NCBI GenBank assembly: GCA_963716175.1
Contig: OY970296.1
Location: forward strand, 2,400,001 to 2,464,000
DNA from: an uncultured Armatimonadetes bacterium
Lineage (GTDB): Bacteria > Armatimonadota > Hebobacteria > Hebobacterales > Hebobacteraceae
Length of the DNA stretch: 64,000 bases
Reading direction: 5' to 3'
Shown one piece after another: positions 1 through 9,608 of this stretch. The first letter of the stretch is position 1. Each line of letters starts with the position of its first letter. The position numbers and the translations under genes were made by a program. The notes below the pieces were generated by a model, which did not search any database, was not told where the DNA came from, and saw only the letters and a list, made by a program, of their open reading frames with translations.

Positions 1-37
1 CGGCCAGCCAGCCGGTAGGTTATGGAATGCGCTCTAG
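1..37. repeat. End of a small MITE/IS-derived repeat (copy 1, cut by window edge)
   Basis: 1-37 matches 24765-24801 at 36/37 nt and ends TTATG(G/A)AATGCGCTCTAG. Confidence 0.65.
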
Positions 38-89
38 AGGAAACGTCATTGGCAGGCGAGAACTCCACGCGGCGAAGTGATCGGTCTCC

Positions 90-1034
90 ATGCTGCGACC
101 CACGTCAGACCAAGCCAGGGCTAAGGGTGACTGCGAGATCACTCGGCGGGAGTTCCTGACTGGGGCTGCTTCCGTCGGGCTCGCGGCGGCACTGCCGCCG
201 GTCGCCGTGTGGGCCGCGCAGGAGCGATCGTCCACCCTGCCTGAAGGAGGAACTGACGTGCACATGCGGATAGATGCACACCTGCATGGCGACTTCTCCA
301 AGCTCAAGGGCTCGCCGGCCGGCTATGTCGAGAAATGCCGGCGCCAGGGCATTGAGCGAGGCCTGCTGATTGGGGAGCCGAAGATGACCCTGGAAGCCTA
401 CCGGGCGATGCCGGATTTCATCATCCCGGTGCCCAGGCTCGACATAGATAAGACCACGCCCAAGGAGATCGGCGAGGTGCTGGACGCCGGAGCACTCGGG
501 ATCAAGTTCATTGATCCTCAGTTCTCCTACGGGGACACCCGCTACGATCCCCTGTATCAGGCCATCTCCGACAAGGGCAAAGTGGTGATGTTCCATACTG
601 GCTACCTGGCCCGAACGAACGAGCCGCGACGGCCCACTGACATCACCCTGATGCGTCCCGCCGCGGTGGACTGCATGAGCAGACGCCACCCGGATCTGAA
701 GATTCTGATGGCCCATTTCGGCAACCCGTGGTGGGAAGAGGCCTGGAAGATCCTGTGGTCGGTGCCCACCTGCTATGCCGAGCTGAGCGGAGGCACGGCC
801 TACAAGCGCTCCATCTCCATGTGGGCCGAGATCTTCGCTCCCAACGGTGTGCTGGATGGGGAGAGCTTCGGCAAGTTGCTCTTCGCCACGGATATGAGTC
901 TGTTCCGCGAGAAGGAGGGTTTCGAGCCCTACTTCGAGTTCTATGACAAGCTCTTCGACGCGGTCAAGGCCCCGCCGGAAATGCGGGCGCGGGTCAACCG
1001 CGGCAACGCGCTCAAGCTCTTCGCGCTGCAATGA
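90..1034 (+). CDS. Amidohydrolase family 2 protein with TAT signal; possible second in-frame start at 258/264
   Basis: IDAHLH metal motif, MFHTG, MAHFGNPWW, LLFATD; N-terminal TRREFL twin-arginine leader; internal AAGGAGG near 245-250. Confidence 0.85.
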   Translation: MLRPTSDQARAKGDCEITRREFLTGAASVGLAAALPPVAVWAAQERSSTLPEGGTDVHMRIDAHLHGDFSKLKGSPAGYVEKCRRQGIERGLLIGEPKMTLEAYRAMPDFIIPVPRLDIDKTTPKEIGEVLDAGALGIKFIDPQFSYGDTRYDPLYQAISDKGKVVMFHTGYLARTNEPRRPTDITLMRPAAVDCMSRRHPDLKILMAHFGNPWWEEAWKILWSVPTCYAELSGGTAYKRSISMWAEIFAPNGVLDGESFGKLLFATDMSLFREKEGFEPYFEFYDKLFDAVKAPPEMRARVNRGNALKLFALQ

Positions 1035-1059
1035 AGCAGCATCGCACGGAGGAAGACCG

Positions 1060-1839
1060 ATGGTGATGCGAATCGACGCGCACGTGCACGGAGACTTCTC
1101 GAAGCTGAAGGGCACTCCTGCGGCCTATTCAGAGAAGTGCCGCCAGCAGGGGGTAGAGCGGGTGCTGCTGATCGCAGACCCGGAGTCAACGCTGACCGCC
1201 TACCGGGCAATGCCGGATTTCATCATCCCGGTGCCCTGGGTGGACATAGATAAGGTGACCGTGAACGAGATCAACGGCATCCTCGACCGCGGCGCCCTCG
1301 GCATCAAGTTCATTGACCCTCAGTTCTCTTACGGCGATACCCGGTATGACCCGCTCTATGCCGCCATTTCCGCCAAGGGCAAGGTGGCAATGTTCCACAC
1401 CGGGTATCTGGGTCGGGAGTTCGGCGCTCGGTCCCGGCCCACCGACATCACCTTCATGGCCCCCCCGGCCGTGGACTGCATGAGCCGCCGTCACCCCGAC
1501 CTGAGGATTCTGATGGCCCACTATGGCAACCCCTGGTGGGAGGAAGCCTGGAAGATCACCTGGTCGGTGCCCAACTGCTATGCCGAGCTCAGCGGCGGCA
1601 CCGCCTACAGGCGCTCCCCCTCGATGTGGCGGGAGATCTTCGCCCCCAATGGCGTGCTGGATGAGGAGAGCTTCAGCAAGCTCCTGTTCGGCAGCGACAT
1701 GAGCGTATTCGTGGAGGACGAGGGCTTCGAGCCCTACTTCGAGTTCTACGATTGGCTCTTCGATGCGGTCAGCGCCACCCCGGAGATGCGGGAGCTAGTC
1801 AACCACGGCAACGCCATCAAGCTGTTCGGGCTGGGGTGA
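1060..1839 (+). CDS. Amidohydrolase family 2 protein, tandem paralogue without signal peptide
   Basis: IDAHVH, MFHTG, MAHYGNPWW, LLFGSD; closely similar to the preceding gene; GGAGG at 1048-1052 before ATG 1060. Confidence 0.88.
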   Translation: MVMRIDAHVHGDFSKLKGTPAAYSEKCRQQGVERVLLIADPESTLTAYRAMPDFIIPVPWVDIDKVTVNEINGILDRGALGIKFIDPQFSYGDTRYDPLYAAISAKGKVAMFHTGYLGREFGARSRPTDITFMAPPAVDCMSRRHPDLRILMAHYGNPWWEEAWKITWSVPNCYAELSGGTAYRRSPSMWREIFAPNGVLDEESFSKLLFGSDMSVFVEDEGFEPYFEFYDWLFDAVSATPEMRELVNHGNAIKLFGLG

Positions 1840-1840
1840 G

Positions 1841-2794
1841 CTAGCCCTCACCGGAATGTGAGGCCGGTCCGGGTTGTGCGTCCCGAATGAGCACGGGCGT
1901 GCCCGAGTAGCTGGCCACGCCTTTGCGCGTCAGGATGCACCGCAGCAGCAGGCCGTGCCGGCCGCCATCGCCGGCCGGGTCGAAGACGAAGTTCCCCAGG
2001 CTGTAGGCGATCAGCCCGTGATGGTACCGCTCCACTGGCTGGGGGGTATGAGGGTGGTGGCCCAGCACCAGGCTGGCGCCGGCGTCAATCAGCCGGTGGG
2101 CGATGCGCCGCTGCTCCTCCTGGGGCTGGCGGGCGTACTCGATGCCCCAATGTAGGCTGACGATGACGATGTCGGATTGCTGCCGCGCGGCGTGGACCTC
2201 CCCGTTGATCCGGTTGGGATCATAGACCGCGACGGTGGGCGCGTCCTCGCGATAGATGATGCCTTCAGGGAGGATGAAGGTGCGGGCGAGGATGGCTATC
2301 CGCAGGCCGTTGCGCTCGATCAACAGCGGAGCCGCGGCCTCCGGCGCGTCCCTCCCTGCGCCTACTGACAGCAGGCCGCAAGTTCTCAGCGCGTTCAGGC
2401 TTTCGGGCAGGGCCTCGCGGCCGCAGTCGAGGCTGTGGTTGTTAGCCAGGATGGCGACGCCGAAGCCAGCGTGCCTCAGCCCATCGGCGGCCGCGGGATC
2501 GGCCTTGAAGGAGAAGCGCTTGCTGATGGGCACGCCGTCTCTGGAGAGAGCGCATTCCAGGTTGGCGAGGGCCAGGTCGGCCGAGCAGATGAGGCGGCGG
2601 ACGCGGGCGAACGGATAGTCAATCCCGTGTCTTGCGATCGCTTGGCCCACACCCCGGCCGAGCTGTACATCACCTACCGCGACGATAGTGACCGACGGCC
2701 TCGCCGCCTGTCGCTTGGCAGCCTCGCACTCAGTCGGCTGGCCGGGCGCAAGTGACGCCAGGGCGAGCGCGATAGCCAGCCGGCGAATCAGCAC
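1841..2794 (-). CDS. CapA/PgsA-family (PGA_cap) metallophosphatase-fold protein, secreted
   Basis: AVGDV, ANLE, LANNHSLD, SLHWG.EY, GHHPH and YSLGNFVFD motifs; N-terminal signal peptide. Confidence 0.9.
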   Translation of the reverse strand: MLIRRLAIALALASLAPGQPTECEAAKRQAARPSVTIVAVGDVQLGRGVGQAIARHGIDYPFARVRRLICSADLALANLECALSRDGVPISKRFSFKADPAAADGLRHAGFGVAILANNHSLDCGREALPESLNALRTCGLLSVGAGRDAPEAAAPLLIERNGLRIAILARTFILPEGIIYREDAPTVAVYDPNRINGEVHAARQQSDIVIVSLHWGIEYARQPQEEQRRIAHRLIDAGASLVLGHHPHTPQPVERYHHGLIAYSLGNFVFDPAGDGGRHGLLLRCILTRKGVASYSGTPVLIRDAQPGPASHSGEG

Positions 2795-4956
2795 GAACCG
2801 CTGCCGCTCTCATCGGTCCGGGGCCATTTCGGCACCGGGATCTCCGGTTTCGGGTCAGCCATGAAGCTGGAGGTCCAGGAGGGCGGTTTGGGCGCTTTCT
2901 CATTCGACAGCATATCCTGCCAGCTATCGTCCGTCAGCCGGTCGCCGATCGGCTGGGGAAACTCGTAGTAGGAGAATACCGTGCCATGGGTGAGATAGAG
3001 CTTCCCACCGATCGGGACCACTACGAATATCTCGTTCGCGGGGCCCACCGCCTCCTCCAGGCACTGCTCGGTGCGCAGGTCGCTGTGCACATCTGCGATC
3101 ACCGCCATATCCGAGTCGGATTGGCTGATGAGTGCGCCCGACTTGCCCCCAATCGCCGATGTGACCTGGTTGAAGAGATTGTGAAGCTCCGCCCCCAGCA
3201 GGCGAATCTGATCGTACTCGGCGGCCTTCAAGCGGCGGTTGGCCAGCTCCTTGAGCGAGACCCGCTCAAGGAAGGTGAGCAGATCCTCCATGCGCCCAAA
3301 GGAGTCGTCGAGTTCCCGGGTCATGAGAGCGCGATGGCGCAGACCCGCGCGGGTGGCCTTGGTGAGCCACAGCAAACGGTGATAAACCTCGACCGCGGGT
3401 TCCACGTATCCTTTGGGCACCGGGGGCTGGGGGCCGACCTCGTGTCCGTCACCGCACTCCGCCGCCACGCTCTGCTTGGCATAGAGGATGGTGTCGTGGC
3501 GCAGCTCGGACCAGTTCGCCAGCCCTGAGTTCAACTGCTTGTCCAGCCAGGCCTGGGTGCGCATGAAAGAGGGGTAGCCGTCGCCCACCGGCTCGACCAA
3601 GCCTTTCAGTGTCCACAGCCATCCCCAGTAGAGGTTGCTCCGCCAGTCCTGCTCGCGCTTCGCGGAGAGCTCGGCCTTCAGCTTTCCCATCTGCTGGGTA
3701 TAGTTCGCGTGCTTCGTCTCGCCCAGCTGATCCAGTATCTTGCCGGCGCGCTGGGACCCGAGGGCGGCGAAGACATCCAGGCCCATGGGCATCCTGCGCT
3801 GGTGCTGTTCAGTGCCGACATTGCTCCACACCAATTGCTGCAGCCAGTAGGCGTCCGGAACCGCCCGCTGGCCCATGAAGCGGAACTGGGGCCCGGTGGG
3901 GATGTCCAGAATCGGCTGGGGAGCTTGAGGAGCGAAGGTCGCGATCCGTGGGGTGCGCATCGCCATCGCGACCTGATGGAAGGAGTCCAGCTTTGGCTTT
4001 CCCGCTAGCTCGGCCGGATGCGGGAGATGGCCCCACACCTTCTCCGCGGCCGACAGCCAGTCCGCCGGGGTGAGGTCATCCGTGGTTTCCACGTAGAAAA
4101 CAGTTGGCTCGTAGATGCGGTCCCAGACGCGGATTGCAGGCCTGCCGTCCAGCTTGGTCTCGTAGAGAACGCGGGCGATGAGCAGAGACTGCCGGATCTG
4201 CTCGTAGGCCACTCTGGGGGGCGTCGCTCTCTCCGGCCACTCCAGCGCGAAAGGCAGCAGGCCGTACCACGTCATTGCCATGAAGTAGTGCTTCAGATCC
4301 GCACCCCCCGCGTAGTGGCCCCTGGGCACGAACTGGGAGAAGTCAACCTGGTAGGGGAAAATGTGCGACGGTCTGCGCCCTGCGTGAGCGGAGATCTCCT
4401 TCCATTCCTCGGCCACCATCCGTTCCGCGGCGGCCGGCAGGCGGCCGGGGATCAGGCCCAGCACCTTGGCTGCCACCGCGAAGTAGGCGACGTTCCTCAG
4501 CGCCGCGTCTCTGGTGTTTCCGGGAGCGAGGTGATTGTAGGTCGAGCGCGATTCCCGCAGCATGTGCTTGGTCAGCCTGCGCAGCAGCGGATTGAGTTTC
4601 TCTGCCTCCACGTGGCGCAAGCTGTAGTCATAGAAGATGTGGTAGAGCTGGAGCACCGAGTCCGAAGCCACGAAGTTGGGGATGACTTTGTAGTCGTTCT
4701 GCTCATACACGAAGAACAGTTGCCCGTCGTCGCCCGGCGCCACGAAGAAACTCTGTCTGGCCAACAGGGATTCCTGGAGCTTGGTGAACTTGCCATACTG
4801 GTTGAGATTGGTCACGTTGCTCAGGTCCGCCTTCACCTGATAGGGCGGCACTCTGGCCTCGATCTTGAGTGGCTGATAGGGCGGTACCTGGAAGGCGCCC
4901 GATGCCCGGTGCGGCAGCGCCAGCAGGACCACAGACACAAGCAGAAGGCGCTTCAT
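2788..4956 (-). CDS. DUF3160-family secreted protein
   Basis: Signal peptide; DFSQFVPRGHY, FRFMGQR, WSELRHDTILYAKQS, GYVEP, IADVH and FSYYEF motifs. Confidence 0.85.
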   Translation of the reverse strand: MKRLLLVSVVLLALPHRASGAFQVPPYQPLKIEARVPPYQVKADLSNVTNLNQYGKFTKLQESLLARQSFFVAPGDDGQLFFVYEQNDYKVIPNFVASDSVLQLYHIFYDYSLRHVEAEKLNPLLRRLTKHMLRESRSTYNHLAPGNTRDAALRNVAYFAVAAKVLGLIPGRLPAAAERMVAEEWKEISAHAGRRPSHIFPYQVDFSQFVPRGHYAGGADLKHYFMAMTWYGLLPFALEWPERATPPRVAYEQIRQSLLIARVLYETKLDGRPAIRVWDRIYEPTVFYVETTDDLTPADWLSAAEKVWGHLPHPAELAGKPKLDSFHQVAMAMRTPRIATFAPQAPQPILDIPTGPQFRFMGQRAVPDAYWLQQLVWSNVGTEQHQRRMPMGLDVFAALGSQRAGKILDQLGETKHANYTQQMGKLKAELSAKREQDWRSNLYWGWLWTLKGLVEPVGDGYPSFMRTQAWLDKQLNSGLANWSELRHDTILYAKQSVAAECGDGHEVGPQPPVPKGYVEPAVEVYHRLLWLTKATRAGLRHRALMTRELDDSFGRMEDLLTFLERVSLKELANRRLKAAEYDQIRLLGAELHNLFNQVTSAIGGKSGALISQSDSDMAVIADVHSDLRTEQCLEEAVGPANEIFVVVPIGGKLYLTHGTVFSYYEFPQPIGDRLTDDSWQDMLSNEKAPKPPSWTSSFMADPKPEIPVPKWPRTDESGSGSC

Positions 4957-5585
4957 CTCTTCCCCTCCCGGAAAAGGCTGGCGACGGGGACATAGCCGCC
5001 GTCGCGAAAGACATAGGTCAGTCTCCGTCCGCCGACAGAGACCGAGATCTCATCGCTGCCGCTGTTGCCGTCCTCCACCTTCAGCCCGGAGGCTGGTGGC
5101 CCCGGCTTGCCCGTCCATTCCCCCCAGAAGCCGAAGCCGGCCCAGTGATAGAGTGTGAGGCCGGTGCGGTGCGCCCCGAAGTCTTCGAGGGTGAGCAGTC
5201 GAACGCCTGTCGGAGTCTGCACCAGCGCCGCCTCCAGCAGGCGCCGGCCCACCCGCGAGCCGAGCCATTTCGGAACCCAGCGGCTTTCCTTGAGAGTGAA
5301 AAGGAAGGGACGCCAGCCTGGCTTCGGGTCGTAGCGCGTGGACTTGTAGACCAGCACCAGCAGATCGAGGCAGCCATCGCCGTCCACGTCGGCCGCCGAG
5401 GCCATCTTGCCCCGGTGTCGGTACAGGAATTCCGGGCCCACGGCTTGACGCGTGCCCGCAGTCAGCCGGTAGACCCTCGCCCGCACCGGAGGCCCGGGCG
5501 TTAGCTCACAGAGGTACCGCCCTGGCTCCGCCCACCCGGCCCGCACCAGCAGCAGAAGCAGCGAGATTACCCATGTGGATCTCAC
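4953..5585 (-). CDS. Secreted hypothetical protein with a DVDGDG (FG-GAP/VCBS-like) loop
   Basis: Signal peptide; ADVDGDGCLDLLV and PKWLGSR; ATGA overlap with the DUF3160 gene. Confidence 0.7.
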   Translation of the reverse strand: MRSTWVISLLLLLVRAGWAEPGRYLCELTPGPPVRARVYRLTAGTRQAVGPEFLYRHRGKMASAADVDGDGCLDLLVLVYKSTRYDPKPGWRPFLFTLKESRWVPKWLGSRVGRRLLEAALVQTPTGVRLLTLEDFGAHRTGLTLYHWAGFGFWGEWTGKPGPPASGLKVEDGNSGSDEISVSVGGRRLTYVFRDGGYVPVASLFREGKR

Positions 5586-5663
5586 GCTGGCAGGGTTCCC
5601 TCTCAGGTTCGGAACTCCTGTAGCCCTGGGTTGCGGGGAGCGGTCTCCCCGCCGCGCCCCTCC

Positions 5664-6320
5664 TCAGGTAGTGCGATCTTCGGCGGCTTTCTCGAGGTAA
5701 TGGCTCACCTCCGCGTCTGACATCTCGGAGAAATCCTCGTAGAAGGAGGCCACCGCGAAGGGATGCCAGTCCGAGACGTGGAGCACGACGACCCAATCCG
5801 ACACGTGCTCAACCTCTGCCAGGGAGCTGCGGGGAGAAACGGGGACTGCTATCACCACCTCCTTGGGTCGCTGCTTCCGGACGGCTAGCGCGGCCGCGAT
5901 CATGGTATAGCCAGTCGCGAGTCCATCATCCACCAAGATCACGACCCGGTCGGTCAGCGCCGGCTCCGGGCGCTGACCCCGGTAGGCGGCCTGGCGGCGC
6001 TGCACCTCTCGCAGCACCCGGCGCGCGATCGCCTCGATCTCCGACGGCGAGAGCTGGAGCGCTTGCACCATCTCCTCATTCAGCACCCGCGTGCCGTCCG
6101 GCATGATCGCCCCAAAGCCGGCCTCCGGGCTCCACGGGATGGGCAGCTTGCGCGGCACGATCACGTCGAGTGGGCAGGCCAGTGCCTGGCTGATCTCGTA
6201 GCCGACGGGCACCCCGCCGCGGGGGATGCCGAGCACGATGCAGTCCCGCCCCTCGTAGGCCGCTAACCGCTGGGCCAGCAGCCTGCCGGCCTCTCGCCGG
6301 TCCCTGAAGATGGTTTGCAT
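5664..6320 (-). CDS. Phosphoribosyltransferase-family protein
   Basis: FRDRREAG, LGIPRGGVPV and PRPP-binding VILVDDGLATG; start reassigned to MQTIF at 6320. Confidence 0.9.
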   Translation of the reverse strand: MQTIFRDRREAGRLLAQRLAAYEGRDCIVLGIPRGGVPVGYEISQALACPLDVIVPRKLPIPWSPEAGFGAIMPDGTRVLNEEMVQALQLSPSEIEAIARRVLREVQRRQAAYRGQRPEPALTDRVVILVDDGLATGYTMIAAALAVRKQRPKEVVIAVPVSPRSSLAEVEHVSDWVVVLHVSDWHPFAVASFYEDFSEMSDAEVSHYLEKAAEDRTT

Positions 6321-6495
6321 GGCAACCTGTCGCAGGAGGCAAGTGCCTAGGCCGTCTGGGCCGCTGGCTAAGCCGGCAGAGCCGGCCGCCATCCCGGCCC
6401 TATCGGGCCTAGGGACACCCCGGCCCGCCGTAAGCGGGCCCAGGGGGTCCTGCCCAACGGACGTGGCTCGCCGGCCCAAGCGAACGCGATCCCGC

Positions 6496-6825
6496 TCAGC
6501 TCTCTCGGATATGGAGCGCCTGCTGCGCCAGCTTCGTCTTGACCGATTCCACCTTGTATTTCATGGTGAGCTCTTTGTCGCGTCGGTCGTCCAGCTTGAT
6601 GATGGTCAGGACGCGGGGATAACCGAGGTCGAAGCACACCTCATGCATCTCCCACGCCACGCGGAAGAGCGTGTCCAGGTCGCCTTCGATGGTAGTGCCC
6701 ATGGAGTTCAGCTCGTAGTTGACCCCGTGCTTCTCCGCGATCTTCAGCATCTCCACCACCGTGTCCCCGAGGCTGCTGCCGGCTTTCCCGGTGGGCAGCA
6801 CATCAATCTCCATGATCGGCGGCAT
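6496..6825 (-). CDS. MTH1187/YkoF-like thiamine-binding protein
   Basis: YELNSMGTTIEGD and RVLTIIKLDDRRDK..TMKYKVESV motifs. Confidence 0.88.
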   Translation of the reverse strand: MPPIMEIDVLPTGKAGSSLGDTVVEMLKIAEKHGVNYELNSMGTTIEGDLDTLFRVAWEMHEVCFDLGYPRVLTIIKLDDRRDKELTMKYKVESVKTKLAQQALHIRES

Positions 6826-7185
6826 CTACCTCTCCTTTTCCATCACCTCAGGTCGCACTCGGCTCGACTGCAAGGGATAGCCCGCTGCCTTCCAATCCGC
6901 CAATCCCCCTTCGAAGTCAACCACCCGGGTGAAGCCCAGCTCCTCCAGCCTGCGCGCCGCGGCCGGGCTGGCCTGGCACTCGAGACTGGCGCAGTAGACC
7001 ACGATCTCCTTGTCCTTCGGGAACGCCGCGGTTGAGGTGGCATCTATCCGGAAAAGGGGGAGGTTGATCGCCCCCGGAAGGTGCTCGCGCTGATAGGACT
7101 CGGCCGAGAGCACGTCAAGCAGCAGGAAGTCTTCCTTCGCCTCCATCTTCTCCTTGAGGGCCTCCCGCGTGATGGTTGTAGCCAT
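6826..7185 (-). CDS. Single-domain rhodanese-like protein
   Basis: LLDV, HLPGAINLP, IVVYCASLEC and FEGGLADW; GGAGG before the MATT start. Confidence 0.9.
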   Translation of the reverse strand: MATTITREALKEKMEAKEDFLLLDVLSAESYQREHLPGAINLPLFRIDATSTAAFPKDKEIVVYCASLECQASPAAARRLEELGFTRVVDFEGGLADWKAAGYPLQSSRVRPEVMEKER

Positions 7186-7391
7186 GTCTGTTCCTCCTCT
7201 CTGGCAGACTGGTGTGCCACCCCGCAACCACTGTGGGTCCCATTCCGCCTGTCTCCTCTTCTCCGCGGCCGGAGTAGCGCCGGTCGGTTATATTGACATC
7301 ACCAGCACGAGTGCGGAGAAAAACGGACAAGGCCGAGAGCCGGCTTGCTCTCGGCCTTGCCACCTGCTGTTCTCGAGGCGATTTCTCCGCG

Positions 7392-8222
7392 CTACTTGCT
7401 TCGGCCCGTCTCCAGCACGCAGATCGCCTGCGGCACGGTGATCCTGGGAGAGAGGCTCTCCAGAATCACGAACTGGTAGCTGGCAGCGGTAGGGCCGACG
7501 AAGGCCGGGGTCATGTCCTGGGCCAGCACCAAAGAGGCGAAGTGGCGCTCGGAGGCGAGCACCACGCCCCCGGAGGCGAGCGTCGGCGCCTTCACCAGCC
7601 CGGCGCTGATCACCTGGCGAGCGTGTTCGAGCTGGGTGCGAAAGCCCCGCTCGTAGAGGCGGAAGAGGCTGTTGTAGAGGGCAGGGGCCAGGGCCGCGGT
7701 GTATGGTCCTGGGAACCCGGCCGCGTCGAGCGCATTCACCGCCTTGATCAGGTCGTCTACGGGCTGCCCCAGTTGTGCCCAATCTCCCAGCCCCACCTTG
7801 GAGACCCCGGGGGCGGTGAGAAGACCTGCAATGCCCAGGTCTCGGTTGCCCTGGAAGATGAGCGTGTCCTCCAGCCGCGCGCAGGCGATGGCCGCCCTGG
7901 CGGGAGTGTCGAGGTCGAGCAAGCTGCCCCGCTCCTCTGCCGCGGCGACCTCGCGCACCGCCAGCGTGAACTCGGAGTAGATGAGCGGAATGGGGCTGGT
8001 CTGGGGCGCGCTCATGCTGGCGCGAGCATCACCGAAGCTCGCCTCTGCCGCCACCGGTCGTTCTTCATGATCCAGCGAGCGGGTGCCGAAGCCGAAGGGC
8101 CCATAGATGTCCAGCAGCCGCCGGCCGGCGAGCTCCATCTTCGCCGGGCCGATCACGGCCTGGTCAATCATCTCCCACACTCTGTCGCTGATAGGGGCCG
8201 CCTCCCGTGGCAGATACCGCAT
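7392..8222 (-). CDS. Family 1 encapsulin shell protein (Linocin_M18-like)
   Basis: 276 aa; YLPREAAPI..W, LAGRRLLDIYGPFG, ARLEDTLIFQG..LGIAGLL and GFPGPY motifs. Confidence 0.93.
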   Translation of the reverse strand: MRYLPREAAPISDRVWEMIDQAVIGPAKMELAGRRLLDIYGPFGFGTRSLDHEERPVAAEASFGDARASMSAPQTSPIPLIYSEFTLAVREVAAAEERGSLLDLDTPARAAIACARLEDTLIFQGNRDLGIAGLLTAPGVSKVGLGDWAQLGQPVDDLIKAVNALDAAGFPGPYTAALAPALYNSLFRLYERGFRTQLEHARQVISAGLVKAPTLASGGVVLASERHFASLVLAQDMTPAFVGPTAASYQFVILESLSPRITVPQAICVLETGRSK

Positions 8223-8223
8223 C

Positions 8224-8610
8224 TCACGCCTCCTCTCTCGCCGGCCGCAGACTGCCGATCGTGGTGGTACGCTCCGGCTCGGATCCACTCTCGGAGGCCA
8301 CGGGTTCGGGAGTGGAAACGCCCGCGGCCATATCCGCCACCTCCTGGCGGCCGCCATCCAGGAATCCCTGCTCCTCCGGGGCCAGACGCCTGATCATCTC
8401 CAGAAACTCGCCAGCATGGGTGCGCTCTTCATCCGCGATGTCGAGCAGCACCTTCCTCGCCAGCTCGTCGTCGGTGGCCTCCGCATGTGCAGTGTAGAGG
8501 TGCACCGCCTCCAGCTCGGCGGCCAGATTCAGTCGCAGCGCCCGGATCAGCTCCGACTTCGTCATCTTGCGCGGCACCAGCCCGGGAAACGGATTCACGA
8601 ACTCCGGCAT
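8224..8610 (-). CDS. Ferritin-like encapsulin cargo protein with C-terminal cargo-loading peptide
   Basis: AELEAVHLY and DEERTHAGE di-iron ligands; low-complexity linker then TTIGSLR; 1 nt from the shell gene. Confidence 0.92.
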   Translation of the reverse strand: MPEFVNPFPGLVPRKMTKSELIRALRLNLAAELEAVHLYTAHAEATDDELARKVLLDIADEERTHAGEFLEMIRRLAPEEQGFLDGGRQEVADMAAGVSTPEPVASESGSEPERTTTIGSLRPAREEA

Positions 8611-8783
8611 CTCTCACCTCCGTACGCTGTCGCTGGCCCTGACCTCCGCCAGCCCAGCCTCGCGCCTGCAACTTAGGCGAGCAGGCCATTGTTCCTGTCA
8701 ACAACTTGGGACACGTGTTGAGGAGCGCAACAGAGGACAGCAGACAACAGCCGCGGCAAGCGCGAGCTGAGCCTGCCGGGCGC

Positions 8784-9608
8784 TCAGCGCTTCGCCATCT
8801 CAGCGACAGTCTCGAAGCGGAAACCTCGCCTCTGCAAAGTCTCGATGATCTGGGGCAGCACATCCAAGGTCTGCTGCACACCGTCATGCAGCAGGATGAT
8901 GCCGCCGTTGCCGATGCGCTTCAGCACCCGCTTCTCGATGGTCTTGTCCCCCGGGCTGGCGTAGTCTCCAGGGTCGTCGGTCCACAGCACGGTGGTCAGG
9001 CCCAGCGCGCCGGCTGCCAGCATCACCTCCTTGTCGTAGTCGCCGCCGGGCGGCCGCGCGAACCGCATGGTCTCGCCGGTGATGGATCTGACCACCTCCT
9101 GGGCCGCCTGCCACTCCGGCCCGATCTCGTCAACTGGGACCTTGGTCAGATTGGCGTGGTGGTAGCTATGGTTGGCGATGACACTCCCCGCGTCCCACTC
9201 CGCCCGCACCAGGTCGGGGTACTTCTCCGCCATCTCGCCCACTACGAAGAAGGTGGCCTTCACACGATACCGCCTGAGAATGTCCAGGATCTTGAGCGTA
9301 AAATCGGGGTGGGGCCCATCGTCGAAGGTCATCGCAACCGCCGGCACTCTGGGGTCGCCGCGGATCAGCTTCAGGTAGCGCACTCCCTTGCCCCGCTCGT
9401 GGGCGTCCTGCGCGGCCAGCTCCTCCGGGGACTTGTAGGTCTCCGTCAGCGCACGCGCCCAGAACTTGTCGAGCTGTGTCCCATCACTCTGGCCACTGCC
9501 CGCGGCCGGCTTCGTTATCTCAGCTTTGGGCTCCGCCGCGCTCGACTCGACTCCACCCAGCCCCAACACCACCAGGCAGGCCAACCCAATCGGCCACCGC
9601 CTTCTCAC
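8784..9608 (-). CDS. Polysaccharide deacetylase (CE4/NodB), exported
   Basis: TFDDGP, NHSYHH, RPPGG and ILLHDG; start at GTG 9608 after AAGGAGG. Confidence 0.9.
   Translation of the reverse strand: MRRRWPIGLACLVVLGLGGVESSAAEPKAEITKPAAGSGQSDGTQLDKFWARALTETYKSPEELAAQDAHERGKGVRYLKLIRGDPRVPAVAMTFDDGPHPDFTLKILDILRRYRVKATFFVVGEMAEKYPDLVRAEWDAGSVIANHSYHHANLTKVPVDEIGPEWQAAQEVVRSITGETMRFARPPGGDYDKEVMLAAGALGLTTVLWTDDPGDYASPGDKTIEKRVLKRIGNGGIILLHDGVQQTLDVLPQIIETLQRRGFRFETVAEMAKR

Noticed and set aside
6321-6495. GC-rich multi-hairpin intergenic region as a riboswitch (next to a thiamine-binding gene)
   Set aside because: No TPP core motif (CTGAGA...CCTGA) is visible and it lies downstream of that gene; such hairpins are expected at this GC level.
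7392-8222. HK97-fold protein as a prophage capsid
   Set aside because: No phage genes are nearby and the adjacent cargo carries an encapsulin targeting peptide.
9520-9608. 89-nt overlap between the two deacetylase genes as a functional feature
   Set aside because: One missing base in a short A or G run would turn it into an ordinary GTGA overlap; this cannot be resolved without reads.
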